Virus record (IMG/VR): IMGVR_UViG_3300032295_001220
Span: 1-28,283 of that record
Length of the DNA stretch: 28,283 nucleotides
Strand: one strand, 5' to 3'
Origin: a virus
Taxonomy: Duplodnaviria; Caudoviricetes
Below the pieces are notes generated by a model, which ran no database searches, was not told the DNA's origin, and saw only the letters and a program-made list of their open reading frames with translations. Made by a program: the position numbers and the translations under genes. Of this stretch, positions 9,102 to 16,678 are shown in pieces (positions within the stretch are counted from its first letter, which is position 1; each line of letters starts with the position of its first letter).

Positions 9102-10253
9102 TTACCCTCTTGTGAATACCTTCTTGATGGTTCCCCTCAACTTGGAAAGCAGGGTCTTGATCTTCTTTGCCGACGAGCCCTGAGGATTGAAGTCGATGCG
9201 AGGAGCAACGAACAGCATGTTTCCTTCGCTAGCCACGGTGTACTTCCCACCGACCTTGTGCAGGAAATTGCCTTGGGTTTCCATGACGGTGTTGCCCTTG
9301 ACGAGAACCCGCATCTCTCCTTCGGTCTCAATCTCAAGATGCTTGCCCACACGGATCTTCAGCAACTTGTCCGAATTCAAAGTCGTGTTGCCACGAACAT
9401 AGATCATCTTGTCATTGAGCGTGATGTTCCACTCGTTGCCAACGACCTTGTGAACCTCGCTACCGTTTGGGTGAATCTCGGTGAAAGTCCCTGCCTTGTG
9501 GTAGTTGTGGATCCGTTCGTGACCTGGTGTATCATCCACCTCAAATATGTGACCCGACGAAGTCTCGGTGACATGGTTGTGTGGATACTTCGCAGCATAT
9601 GGGGGCTGCGGCTCCTCCCAATATCCATACAGGGCAGTCTCACACCCCAAACGCTCGTCTTGCTTCTTCTTGACCACAGTCCATTCGATGTTTTCGTTTC
9701 TCACCAATCGATTGGTGTCGGGCTCGTTCATCCGCCCTTCGATGGGATAGATGCCTTCGGGATCCCTGAAGCCAATCGTTGTGTTCATGAGCCGATTCGA
9801 CTGTCTCGGCTTTCTGAAGTCGTTGTATGGTGTCTCAGGAAGGTTGAGGTTTTCCGCCGCCGCCTGTATCGCCGCATCCGAACCAAACCCGACATTGAAG
9901 AGGTCATACTCCTGCTTGATCTTGTCGGGCTTCTGAATACCCGCATAGGTGCCCATCACCAACGGCTGCTGTGCGTTCTTCCCGTCCAAGAAGAAGCCTA
10001 TTACCCAAGAGCCTTGAAGAATGCCCGTTGGCGATCTGCCCAATCCCGACATTGCTGCACTTGTGATCGGCTGCATCACCTGTGCCCACGGAAGATCCTC
10101 CGTGGGGATGCCGAAATTCGTCTTGTTATCCGTATGCCACCCAAGCACACGCACACGCACACGCCCAAGTTTCAGCGGATCGTTGATGTCCTCGACAACG
10201 CCGTGCCACCAAACGAACTGATCCAATCCAACATAGTCTGCTCTTTCGCTCAT
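9102..10253 (-). CDS. gp5: Baseplate central spike gp5 (OB-fold + beta-helix, no lysozyme domain)
   Basis: WWHGVVEDINDPLKLGRVRVRVLGWH, LPWA, GSWVIGFFLDG, YPHNHVTETSSGHIFEVDDTPGHERI motifs, followed by VxG repeats and RIDFN. Confidence 0.95.
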   Translation of the reverse strand: MSERADYVGLDQFVWWHGVVEDINDPLKLGRVRVRVLGWHTDNKTNFGIPTEDLPWAQVMQPITSAAMSGLGRSPTGILQGSWVIGFFLDGKNAQQPLVMGTYAGIQKPDKIKQEYDLFNVGFGSDAAIQAAAENLNLPETPYNDFRKPRQSNRLMNTTIGFRDPEGIYPIEGRMNEPDTNRLVRNENIEWTVVKKKQDERLGCETALYGYWEEPQPPYAAKYPHNHVTETSSGHIFEVDDTPGHERIHNYHKAGTFTEIHPNGSEVHKVVGNEWNITLNDKMIYVRGNTTLNSDKLLKIRVGKHLEIETEGEMRVLVKGNTVMETQGNFLHKVGGKYTVASEGNMLFVAPRIDFNPQGSSAKKIKTLLSKLRGTIKKVFTRG

Positions 10254-11551
10254 GTGAGGTTCTTCGCTTTCTTGTCGGGAAGCGGCTCGTAGTAGGAATC
10301 ACGGGAAATGGTGACACGCATCGTGTGGATTCCTTCGGTGACATTGTGCATGATCGCCGTGATCATGTACTTACCCGAAAGATAGGGATCAAGGAAATCG
10401 TCCTTGCCCTTGGTGTACTCCTGCGAGAAGAACTCGACATTTACGGTGTTTCCCACCCTGAGTGTGGAATCCCCATAGACATCTATCGTCAGCGTCAAGG
10501 CGTTCATTTGGTTCAGCAGCGACTGCCGATCCAACGCCCTGTCGATGTAGTTTGTGTCATCCAAATCATTGAACATGAAATGGGACTTGTCGTAGTACTT
10601 CAACATGGAGTACGGACGGCGTTGTGCGGGATTGTCGTAGGGAACCATTCGCCCCTCGTTCAGGTGCGGCGTGTCATTGAACGAGTTCCTATACGAATAT
10701 GTCGTTTCGTAATACGACTTCGTGGTGACCTCATGCACCAACATGTGCGATGCGAAGATTCCCAACTTGGTTTCCCGCATCTTGTCGCCCAAGTCACGAA
10801 CTGCGTAACTTGTAATGTTGCGAAGTTCGGATTCGATCATTCTGCTTCCGCTCTTTCCACGGAAACCACCTGGTGCTGACTTGTATGTGCAGACGGGCTG
10901 ACTCGACTTCAGTTTTGACAGGGGAGCGAACCTTGCTCCATCCAATGTCTGATAGAACAGGTAGTCGGCTATCGACTGATTCTGCTTCGCTACGGAACGA
11001 TGCGTCATCCAATTGATTGCATACAGGGGCGACCAATTGGGAATGATGACGGTGGATTTCCCGAAAGTCTCGTCCGCAACCAAGGCGGGGAGTTTCGTGT
11101 CCAATTTCGTCATGTCATCGTAGACGGTCTTGATCATTTCGCTGAAGGGAAGATTCTTCAGCACACGATTGAACTTGTTCCTCAGCGACACTTCGGCAAT
11201 ATGCGAGACGAACTCCAAGCGAACGGCGACAGTCGTGCTTCCCGTTCCACGAACGAAAGACGAAATCTTGAACACCTTGAACTTAACCTGACGGGGGACG
11301 GAATCGACACCAGGTGTGTAGAAAGTGATGTACAGATCCTCGTCACCGATGATCGGGAAGTTCTTCACCAAGTTCATGGAGTCGGGGAAAACCAAGGATC
11401 CTGTGAGGTAGTTCGAATAGATGTCCTCGTAGATTGAGAAGTCTCCGACCATCTTCCGAAGATCCAATTCGAATCCCGAATAAGACACCAATCGGATCTC
11501 GTCTACGACAACATCCCCTGCGTTATAGATTCTGTCGGATCGGTTAGCCAC
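10250..11551 (-). CDS. Baseplate hub protein (gp27-like)
   Basis: Between gp53 and gp5; SIYEDIYSNYLTGSL, LVKNFPIIGDE, IIPNWSP, YGDSTLRVG and LSGKYMITAIMH motifs of phage hub proteins. Confidence 0.7.
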   Translation of the reverse strand: MANRSDRIYNAGDVVVDEIRLVSYSGFELDLRKMVGDFSIYEDIYSNYLTGSLVFPDSMNLVKNFPIIGDEDLYITFYTPGVDSVPRQVKFKVFKISSFVRGTGSTTVAVRLEFVSHIAEVSLRNKFNRVLKNLPFSEMIKTVYDDMTKLDTKLPALVADETFGKSTVIIPNWSPLYAINWMTHRSVAKQNQSIADYLFYQTLDGARFAPLSKLKSSQPVCTYKSAPGGFRGKSGSRMIESELRNITSYAVRDLGDKMRETKLGIFASHMLVHEVTTKSYYETTYSYRNSFNDTPHLNEGRMVPYDNPAQRRPYSMLKYYDKSHFMFNDLDDTNYIDRALDRQSLLNQMNALTLTIDVYGDSTLRVGNTVNVEFFSQEYTKGKDDFLDPYLSGKYMITAIMHNVTEGIHTMRVTISRDSYYEPLPDKKAKNLT

Positions 11552-12431
11552 CGAATATCTTCCTCATGTCCTTGATCACCAAGTCGATCAACTCTGGTCG
11601 CATCATCTTGATGTTCCGTTTTGCGTCGTTGCTTGCTATTTCGTGTTGATAGTTCGACACGGCGACTACATCTCGGTTAGGAAGACGAATCAATTCGTTG
11701 GAATAGACCGCATAGAACTCCATCACGCTTGAATCGACCAACTCACCGTTTGCTGTTGTCAGTATGGAGTGATGATCGACAACCTCGCCAGTCTCCGAAT
11801 CCTCAAAGTGGTGAACGGCATATCGATTGTCATCAACCACTCTTCCGATTGGAGCATACAGAACGACTCCATCACTTCTACGGTGAATCAAGTCCATGTA
11901 TTCGCTTTGTGGATTCGTCACGCTTGGAGTCGTGGAAAAGTTGGTGCCGCTCGTCTGTTCGATCACTATCTTGTATAGGTTCGGATCCCAAGCAAGCACC
12001 TTGCCCTCTGCGTTCCCCTGCGTGACCGTGCCTCCGACCTCAAACCAAAGTTCTTCCTTCGCACGGGAGACGATGCCTCCCCGCTCAAAGTTCACTCGCT
12101 TCAGGTCGATGAAGAGGGTCTTACCTGTGTACTTGGTGTTGACTGCGCTCTCCAAGTCGTTTGATGACAAGGGCCATTCGAAGAGCGGATCCAAAATCTC
12201 GTTGAAAAGAAGCACCACCCAATGGAGGTCAGGCTGTCCATATACACGGGCCGCCAAGGTCTCGGGTCTTTCCCCGTCCCTGATGGTGTAGTTCAAATAT
12301 GCTGCCTGTGTGCTCTTGATTCGGTCGATGATCTTTGCACGAACCAAGATGTTTCTAGCGTTGATAAGCACCGTCTTTCCGTTGATCTTCAGCGGATAGT
12401 CGAGAGTCGGCATGTTTGAGAAGTACGGCAT
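11544..12431 (-). CDS. gp53: Baseplate wedge subunit gp53
   Basis: MPYFSNMPTLDY...YTIRDGERPETLAARVYGQPDLHWVVLLFNEILDPLFEWPLS (LysM-like), HHFE, and VSNYQHE...NDAKRNIK. Confidence 0.93.
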   Translation of the reverse strand: MPYFSNMPTLDYPLKINGKTVLINARNILVRAKIIDRIKSTQAAYLNYTIRDGERPETLAARVYGQPDLHWVVLLFNEILDPLFEWPLSSNDLESAVNTKYTGKTLFIDLKRVNFERGGIVSRAKEELWFEVGGTVTQGNAEGKVLAWDPNLYKIVIEQTSGTNFSTTPSVTNPQSEYMDLIHRRSDGVVLYAPIGRVVDDNRYAVHHFEDSETGEVVDHHSILTTANGELVDSSVMEFYAVYSNELIRLPNRDVVAVSNYQHEIASNDAKRNIKMMRPELIDLVIKDMRKIFGG

Positions 12432-12433
12432 CG

Positions 12434-13594
12434 TTAGGCTCCCTGCTCCTCAATGCTCTGTTGGGTGAGGAGTTCAAGTTCTGAGAACTCCAACTCCATC
12501 GTGATCTTTGTCGGATTGACCATGCCCTGTGCATCGGGCTTCGTGGTCGTGAAGGTGTTCTCGCCGTAGTTCAGGTTGATGCCTGTCAACGCACACTTGC
12601 GGATCTTCGGCAACCTGATGTTCTCTTGGTTTTGATAGAGGAACGATATGCCGAATTCGGCAGGGAAATCCAAGAATCTTCCGCCCTCAGACCGCTTCGG
12701 GTGCGAGAACTTCCTGAACATCCTCACGATATTGTCAATCGACCTAGCCTCCAATTCAGATCTAGGAATCATCGTGAATGCGAATCTGAATGTTCTGCGA
12801 CCCACACCCTTGAACATGTGCACCACGAACGGATTCTGCACCTGTCTCTGCGAGGCAGCAAGACCCCTCTCCAAGACATCCTTACCACCGACCAATTCAG
12901 TTATGCTGTCGGCAACCTTGATCGCTGACATGCCCATCTTTCGGGCAATCTCAGCCTGTGCAACGCCACCCGCTCCTGTTTGCGTTTCCGTGAGGCTTCT
13001 CAGTCCCTTCAGGATGTCCAACGAGGAGAGATCGGCATCCTCATACTCAAACTTGTACCCGATGGATATCGAACCAGGAAGATACATGTAGATGGTGCCG
13101 ACGAACTCCGTCAAGTCCTTGAGACCCAACGACTCCTCGACAAACGAATCCCGACCTTTTCCTAGTTGATCCACATTCCCGATGTTCGAATTAGCACCAC
13201 CGAATGACGAACCAACCAAGTCAAAGATCGGATCAATCGCAGCACCCGCCAAATCAACGAACTGACCGACACTCAGACTTCCTTCTGCTTGATTGACACT
13301 CTGCACAATCGCTGCCGCAATTGAGTCTTGACGAGATCTTGCTCTCTGAAGGGTTGCTCCACCCGTCTGATAGATGTCAAACCGAATGGAGAATTGATAT
13401 TCGGGGGCGGAACCGAGATCAATCGGATAGGAAAGCAGCGGCGGCCCACCGCTTCTTGTGGTCGAGTTCAAAGCAGCCTGAAACGCATCACGAAACATTC
13501 CAACGGTGTCAGCGTTTCCATAATTCTGCTGACTTTGCAGTAGGTTGTATGTGGAATCATACGAACCTTCGGGATAGATCGTGGGTTGACTCAT
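12434..13594 (-). CDS. gp48: Baseplate tail-tube cap gp48
   Basis: LSYPIDL, IYMYLP, NPFVVHMFKGVGRRTFRFAFTMIPRSELEA, CALTGINLNY and MELEFSELELLT motifs. Start moved from the track's 13696 to ATG 13594 (MSQPTIY), 5 nt after a late box. Confidence 0.85.
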   Translation of the reverse strand: MSQPTIYPEGSYDSTYNLLQSQQNYGNADTVGMFRDAFQAALNSTTRSGGPPLLSYPIDLGSAPEYQFSIRFDIYQTGGATLQRARSRQDSIAAAIVQSVNQAEGSLSVGQFVDLAGAAIDPIFDLVGSSFGGANSNIGNVDQLGKGRDSFVEESLGLKDLTEFVGTIYMYLPGSISIGYKFEYEDADLSSLDILKGLRSLTETQTGAGGVAQAEIARKMGMSAIKVADSITELVGGKDVLERGLAASQRQVQNPFVVHMFKGVGRRTFRFAFTMIPRSELEARSIDNIVRMFRKFSHPKRSEGGRFLDFPAEFGISFLYQNQENIRLPKIRKCALTGINLNYGENTFTTTKPDAQGMVNPTKITMELEFSELELLTQQSIEEQGA

Positions 13595-13599
13595 ACCGA

Positions 13600-13607
13600 T
13601 ATTTAGT
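13600..13607 (-). promoter_or_regulatory. Late promoter ACTAAATA at the head of the baseplate operon
   Basis: Divergent intergenic region; identical to the gp8 box. Confidence 0.75.
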
Positions 13608-13618
13608 GGTCTTCTCAC

Positions 13619-13626
13619 CATAAATA
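13619..13626 (+). promoter_or_regulatory. Late promoter CATAAATA upstream of gp4-gp2
   Basis: 7/8 match to TATAAATA; back-to-back with the 13600-13607 box. Confidence 0.75.
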
Positions 13627-13642
13627 TGAGCCGAGGTGCACC

Positions 13643-14098
13643 ATTAGACGCTCCAACGAGAGTTACAAGGGACGCTACCGCCCAAAGAGCCCCCAAAAGT
13701 ACAAGGGTGATCCCACCACTTGCTTCTATCGCTCACTTTGGGAACGCAAGTTCATGATCTTCTGTGATGAGAATTCTTCGGTGATCCAATGGTCATCTGA
13801 GGAGATCGTCGTGCCCTACCTTTCCCCAATCGATGGCAGGATGCACCGCTATTTCGTTGACTTTTGGATAAAGGTTCAGGACAAGGAAGGGAATGTCAGG
13901 GAGTACCTGATCGAAGTCAAGCCCAAGGCGCAGACACGCAAGCCCGAGCCACCAAAGACCAAGCGGGTGTCGAAGTCGAAGATCACGGAGATCCGCAATT
14001 GGATGGTAAACAGCGCAAAGTGGGCGGCTGCTAGGAAGGTCTGTGAGGATCGTGGTTGGGAATTCAAGTTGATGACCGAGGACAATCTGTTCACCTAA
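13643..14098 (+). CDS. gp4: Head completion nuclease gp4 (TnsA-N-like PD-(D/E)XK); probable ATT start
   Basis: Conserved YKGRYRPKSPQKYKGDP...YRSLWERKFM lies upstream of the track's ATG 13754; then WSSEE, HRYFVDF, IEVKP, NSAKWAAA. Exact start uncertain. Confidence 0.88.
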   Translation: MRRSNESYKGRYRPKSPQKYKGDPTTCFYRSLWERKFMIFCDENSSVIQWSSEEIVVPYLSPIDGRMHRYFVDFWIKVQDKEGNVREYLIEVKPKAQTRKPEPPKTKRVSKSKITEIRNWMVNSAKWAAARKVCEDRGWEFKLMTEDNLFT

Positions 14099-14110
14099 CA
14101 GGAGAGGCGA

Positions 14111-14713
14111 ATGAGCAAGAAGGAAGTAAGAAAAGTAATAGGTGAGTTTGAACGGTCAGGAAAAGAACTCCAATCCGAGCAAGCAACCCGTTGGTTGGCT
14201 AGGAACCTCTCCAAGATTCAGACTGAGATGCGGTCTGAGCACTTCAACAGGGGAAAGCCATCGGTCAATAGACCTGGAAATATCAAGGAAGGCACGATGT
14301 TGTTCTTTGGGTACGAACCCAAGACAAAGGATGAACTGCCATTTTGGGATTCGTTTCCCTTGGTGATCCTGCTCCATAAGAGAGGAAACTCCATACTTGG
14401 TCTCAACCTCCACTACCTTTCACCGACACTCAGGGCGAACTTCCTGAACAACCTCCTCAAGTTGGTTGACAATCCCGACTATGTCTACGACCCCCCTTCC
14501 TACTTTAAGGTTACATACCCCTTCCTCAAGGCGACCGCAAAGTTGAAGCCGTACAAAGCCGCCATCAAGCGGTATTACCTCAACTGCATCAACACCAAGG
14601 TCAATGTGATTCCCTCCGACGAGTGGCAGTACACGACATTCATGCCGCTCGACAAGTTCAAGGGAGCAACTAGAGAACAAGTATGGAAGTGGGCGAATAG
14701 ATACAGTAAGTAA
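14111..14713 (+). CDS. gp2: DNA end protector protein gp2
   Basis: GTMLFFGYEPKTKDELPFWDSFPLV...GLNLHYLSP...IKRY motifs; AGGAG SD. Confidence 0.92.
   Translation: MSKKEVRKVIGEFERSGKELQSEQATRWLARNLSKIQTEMRSEHFNRGKPSVNRPGNIKEGTMLFFGYEPKTKDELPFWDSFPLVILLHKRGNSILGLNLHYLSPTLRANFLNNLLKLVDNPDYVYDPPSYFKVTYPFLKATAKLKPYKAAIKRYYLNCINTKVNVIPSDEWQYTTFMPLDKFKGATREQVWKWANRYSK
14705..14712 (+). promoter_or_regulatory. Late promoter-like box AGTAAGTA
   Basis: 5 nt before the ATG at 14718, which has no SD; same geometry as other boxes. Confidence 0.4.
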
Positions 14714-14717
14714 ACCC

Positions 14718-15731
14718 ATGGCTATAAACTTCATCGACGGATTCTTGGCAAACATGCGGGACAAGGGCTTCGTAAAGCCCAACCGCTATCTTGTTCTCAT
14801 TGAGCCAAACCCATTCGTAGCCTCTCGTCTTGGATACTCATCTGAAGAGATCAAGCAGAGGCTCGCCATGACATGCTCGTCAGCAACACAGCCGTCGAAG
14901 TCGTTCATGACCCATGAGATTCAGATCACGCAGCCGACGAGATTGGTGCCCTACGCCATCAACACGAACAACTCGTCAGGAGCATCCTTCGAATTCTATG
15001 TTTTGGGTGACATGTTTGAGAAGAACATCTTCCAAATGTGGCAGAACCTGATCATTGATCCCCTGACCAAGGAGCAGTCGTACTACGACGATTTCGCAAA
15101 GGGATCTTCCATAATCATCGCTCAGATGCCGAACATAGTCCCTTCGTTCGAAGCGGGTCTCCAAGCCATGTCCGAGCAGAACCTCATATCGGGCTTGAGG
15201 ATGACGGAGATCTACCCATACAACTTCACGGTGAATGGCGGCTCGCAGAACTACAGCCAATCAAACGAACCCCTCAAGGTCAAGGTGGACTTCATGTTCC
15301 GTGACATCACGCAGATCTCCGAGCCGAAGCCCGTTGGCATCGACAGTTCGATGCGGATCGTTGACGAGAACGGAAACTTCACCCGCCAAACCGTGCGTGA
15401 GACCGCCGACAGCATCCTCGCCCGTTCTGCGCTCATGCGGAACATCGGCAACACATACACAAGAAACGATGTTGTTCAGGCTACTCTCAGAGATGCACAG
15501 AACGACTTCAAGGAAAATCAAAGAAACCTCGCCAAGACCTCGCTTGAGAAGGCTGAGGCGAGAAGAAAGTACAACCAATCGCAAAATGTTCCCCGTGGAG
15601 TGGACGGGCGATTGCTCAACCCAAAGGTGGACGGACTTCCCGCCACCAATCCAAACGACGAGATCTCTTCCCTCCTGCGGCAGGGTCTCTCATTCATTGC
15701 CCAAGGTCAAGGATTCCTTGGGCAACTCTAA
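14718..15731 (+). CDS. gp54: Tail-tube initiator / tube-like protein (gp54/gp19 family) with C-terminal extension
   Basis: GFVKPNRYLV, CSSATQP, FQMWQNLI, YYDDFA, EIYP and KVKVDFMFR tube-fold motifs; located between gp2 and gp26. Confidence 0.7.
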   Translation: MAINFIDGFLANMRDKGFVKPNRYLVLIEPNPFVASRLGYSSEEIKQRLAMTCSSATQPSKSFMTHEIQITQPTRLVPYAINTNNSSGASFEFYVLGDMFEKNIFQMWQNLIIDPLTKEQSYYDDFAKGSSIIIAQMPNIVPSFEAGLQAMSEQNLISGLRMTEIYPYNFTVNGGSQNYSQSNEPLKVKVDFMFRDITQISEPKPVGIDSSMRIVDENGNFTRQTVRETADSILARSALMRNIGNTYTRNDVVQATLRDAQNDFKENQRNLAKTSLEKAEARRKYNQSQNVPRGVDGRLLNPKVDGLPATNPNDEISSLLRQGLSFIAQGQGFLGQL

Positions 15732-15754
15732 CCATGGACTAAGGAGACAATACC

Positions 15755-16465
15755 ATGAGCACTCTTTCGAGCGTGATCGCAACAACCCCCACCTACGAAC
15801 TTACTCTTCCGAGCAACGGAAAGAAGATCGAATTCCGTCCGTTCCTTGTCAAAGAAGAGAAGATCCTTCTTATCGCTTCAGAATCGAAGAACGAAAAGGA
15901 AATGTACCGTGCCATGCAGGATGTGGTTTCGTCCTGCACCTTCGGCAAGGTGGACATGTCGGAATCGCCAATGATCGATGTGGAATACCTCTTCACCAAG
16001 ATCAGAAGCAAGTCTGTCGGAGAAACCGCCAAGCCGATGATCAAATGCTCCAAGTGCCAAACGATGAACGAAGTCGTTGTGAACCTTGAGGGCATCAAGG
16101 CTACGAAGGATCCGAACCACAAGACCAAGATCGACATCACCAAGGATGTGATTCTTGAGATGCGGTATCCGAGATTCTCCGACATCGAAAAGATTCAGGC
16201 TACCGAATCCGAGACCGAAAGGCTGTTTCTGCTGATGGCTCTCTGCGTTGATAAGATCTTCACACCCAGCGGGACATTCGTGACGAAGGATCTCAACACA
16301 TCGGAAGTCATCGAATTCATAGAGAAACTTACACAATCTCAGTTCAAGAGCATTTCGAACTTCTTCGAAACCATGCCGCAACTGAAGGAAGACATCAAAT
16401 ACACATGCAAGAAGTGCAGTTCTGAGGAGACCATTACGCTGAAGGGTGCCCAAGATTTTTTCTGA
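15755..16465 (+). CDS. gp26: Baseplate hub assembly protein (gp26 as named in cyanophage-type T4-like phages), with two CxxC motifs
   Basis: PTYELTLPS...FRPFLVKEEKILLIA, DVEYLFTKIRSKSVGE, FFETMP and C-terminal GAQDFF; CSKC and CKKC; AAGGAG SD. Confidence 0.88.
   Translation: MSTLSSVIATTPTYELTLPSNGKKIEFRPFLVKEEKILLIASESKNEKEMYRAMQDVVSSCTFGKVDMSESPMIDVEYLFTKIRSKSVGETAKPMIKCSKCQTMNEVVVNLEGIKATKDPNHKTKIDITKDVILEMRYPRFSDIEKIQATESETERLFLLMALCVDKIFTPSGTFVTKDLNTSEVIEFIEKLTQSQFKSISNFFETMPQLKEDIKYTCKKCSSEETITLKGAQDFF
16456..16462 (+). other. Putative -1 ribosomal frameshift heptamer T_TTT_TTC
   Basis: GAT TTT TTC TGA at the gp26 end fits X_XXY_YYZ in the correct phase; the -1 frame reads on into the gp51-like sequence. 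Confidence 0.7.
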
Positions 16466-16653
16466 TATCGACCTCCCATGACGGTCTGCTGAATTACTTT
16501 GAGACCAACTTCGCCATGATTCAGCACCACAAGTACTCGTTGGCTGAGATTGAGAACATGATGCCGTGGGAGCGTCGAATCTATATTGAACTCTTGCTTC
16601 AGCACCTAAAGGAAGAGAAAGAGCGCATGGAAGCCGAAAGAATGAGTCAGTAA
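16462..16653 (+). CDS. gp51: gp51-like hub/tail assembly chaperone segment, probably the frameshift extension of gp26 (absent from the ORF track)
   Basis: LISTSHDGLLNYFETNFAMIQHHKYSLAEIENMMPWERRIYIELLLQHLKEE matches the TNFAxxQHHKYSLxExExMxPWER motif; first ATG only at 16516. Confidence 0.85.
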   Translation: MISTSHDGLLNYFETNFAMIQHHKYSLAEIENMMPWERRIYIELLLQHLKEEKERMEAERMSQ

Positions 16654-16678
16654 CAGACAAACAAGGAACCTCCCCCAA

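Noticed and set aside
9258-10292. Long plus-strand ORFs antisense to baseplate genes (9258-10292, also 5113-5952 and 2985-3620)
   Set aside because: They mirror well-supported minus-strand genes; codon bias removes antisense stops; no recognisable motifs or SD.
13595-13696. Apparent signal-peptide-like N-terminal extension of gp48 in the ORF track
   Set aside because: It overlaps the divergent promoters and the gp4 5' region; ATG 13594 after the late box is the better start.
15235-16089. 284-aa alternative-frame ORF overlapping gp54 and gp26
   Set aside because: Arg/Ser/Pro-rich composition typical of off-frame translation; both overlapped genes are conserved.
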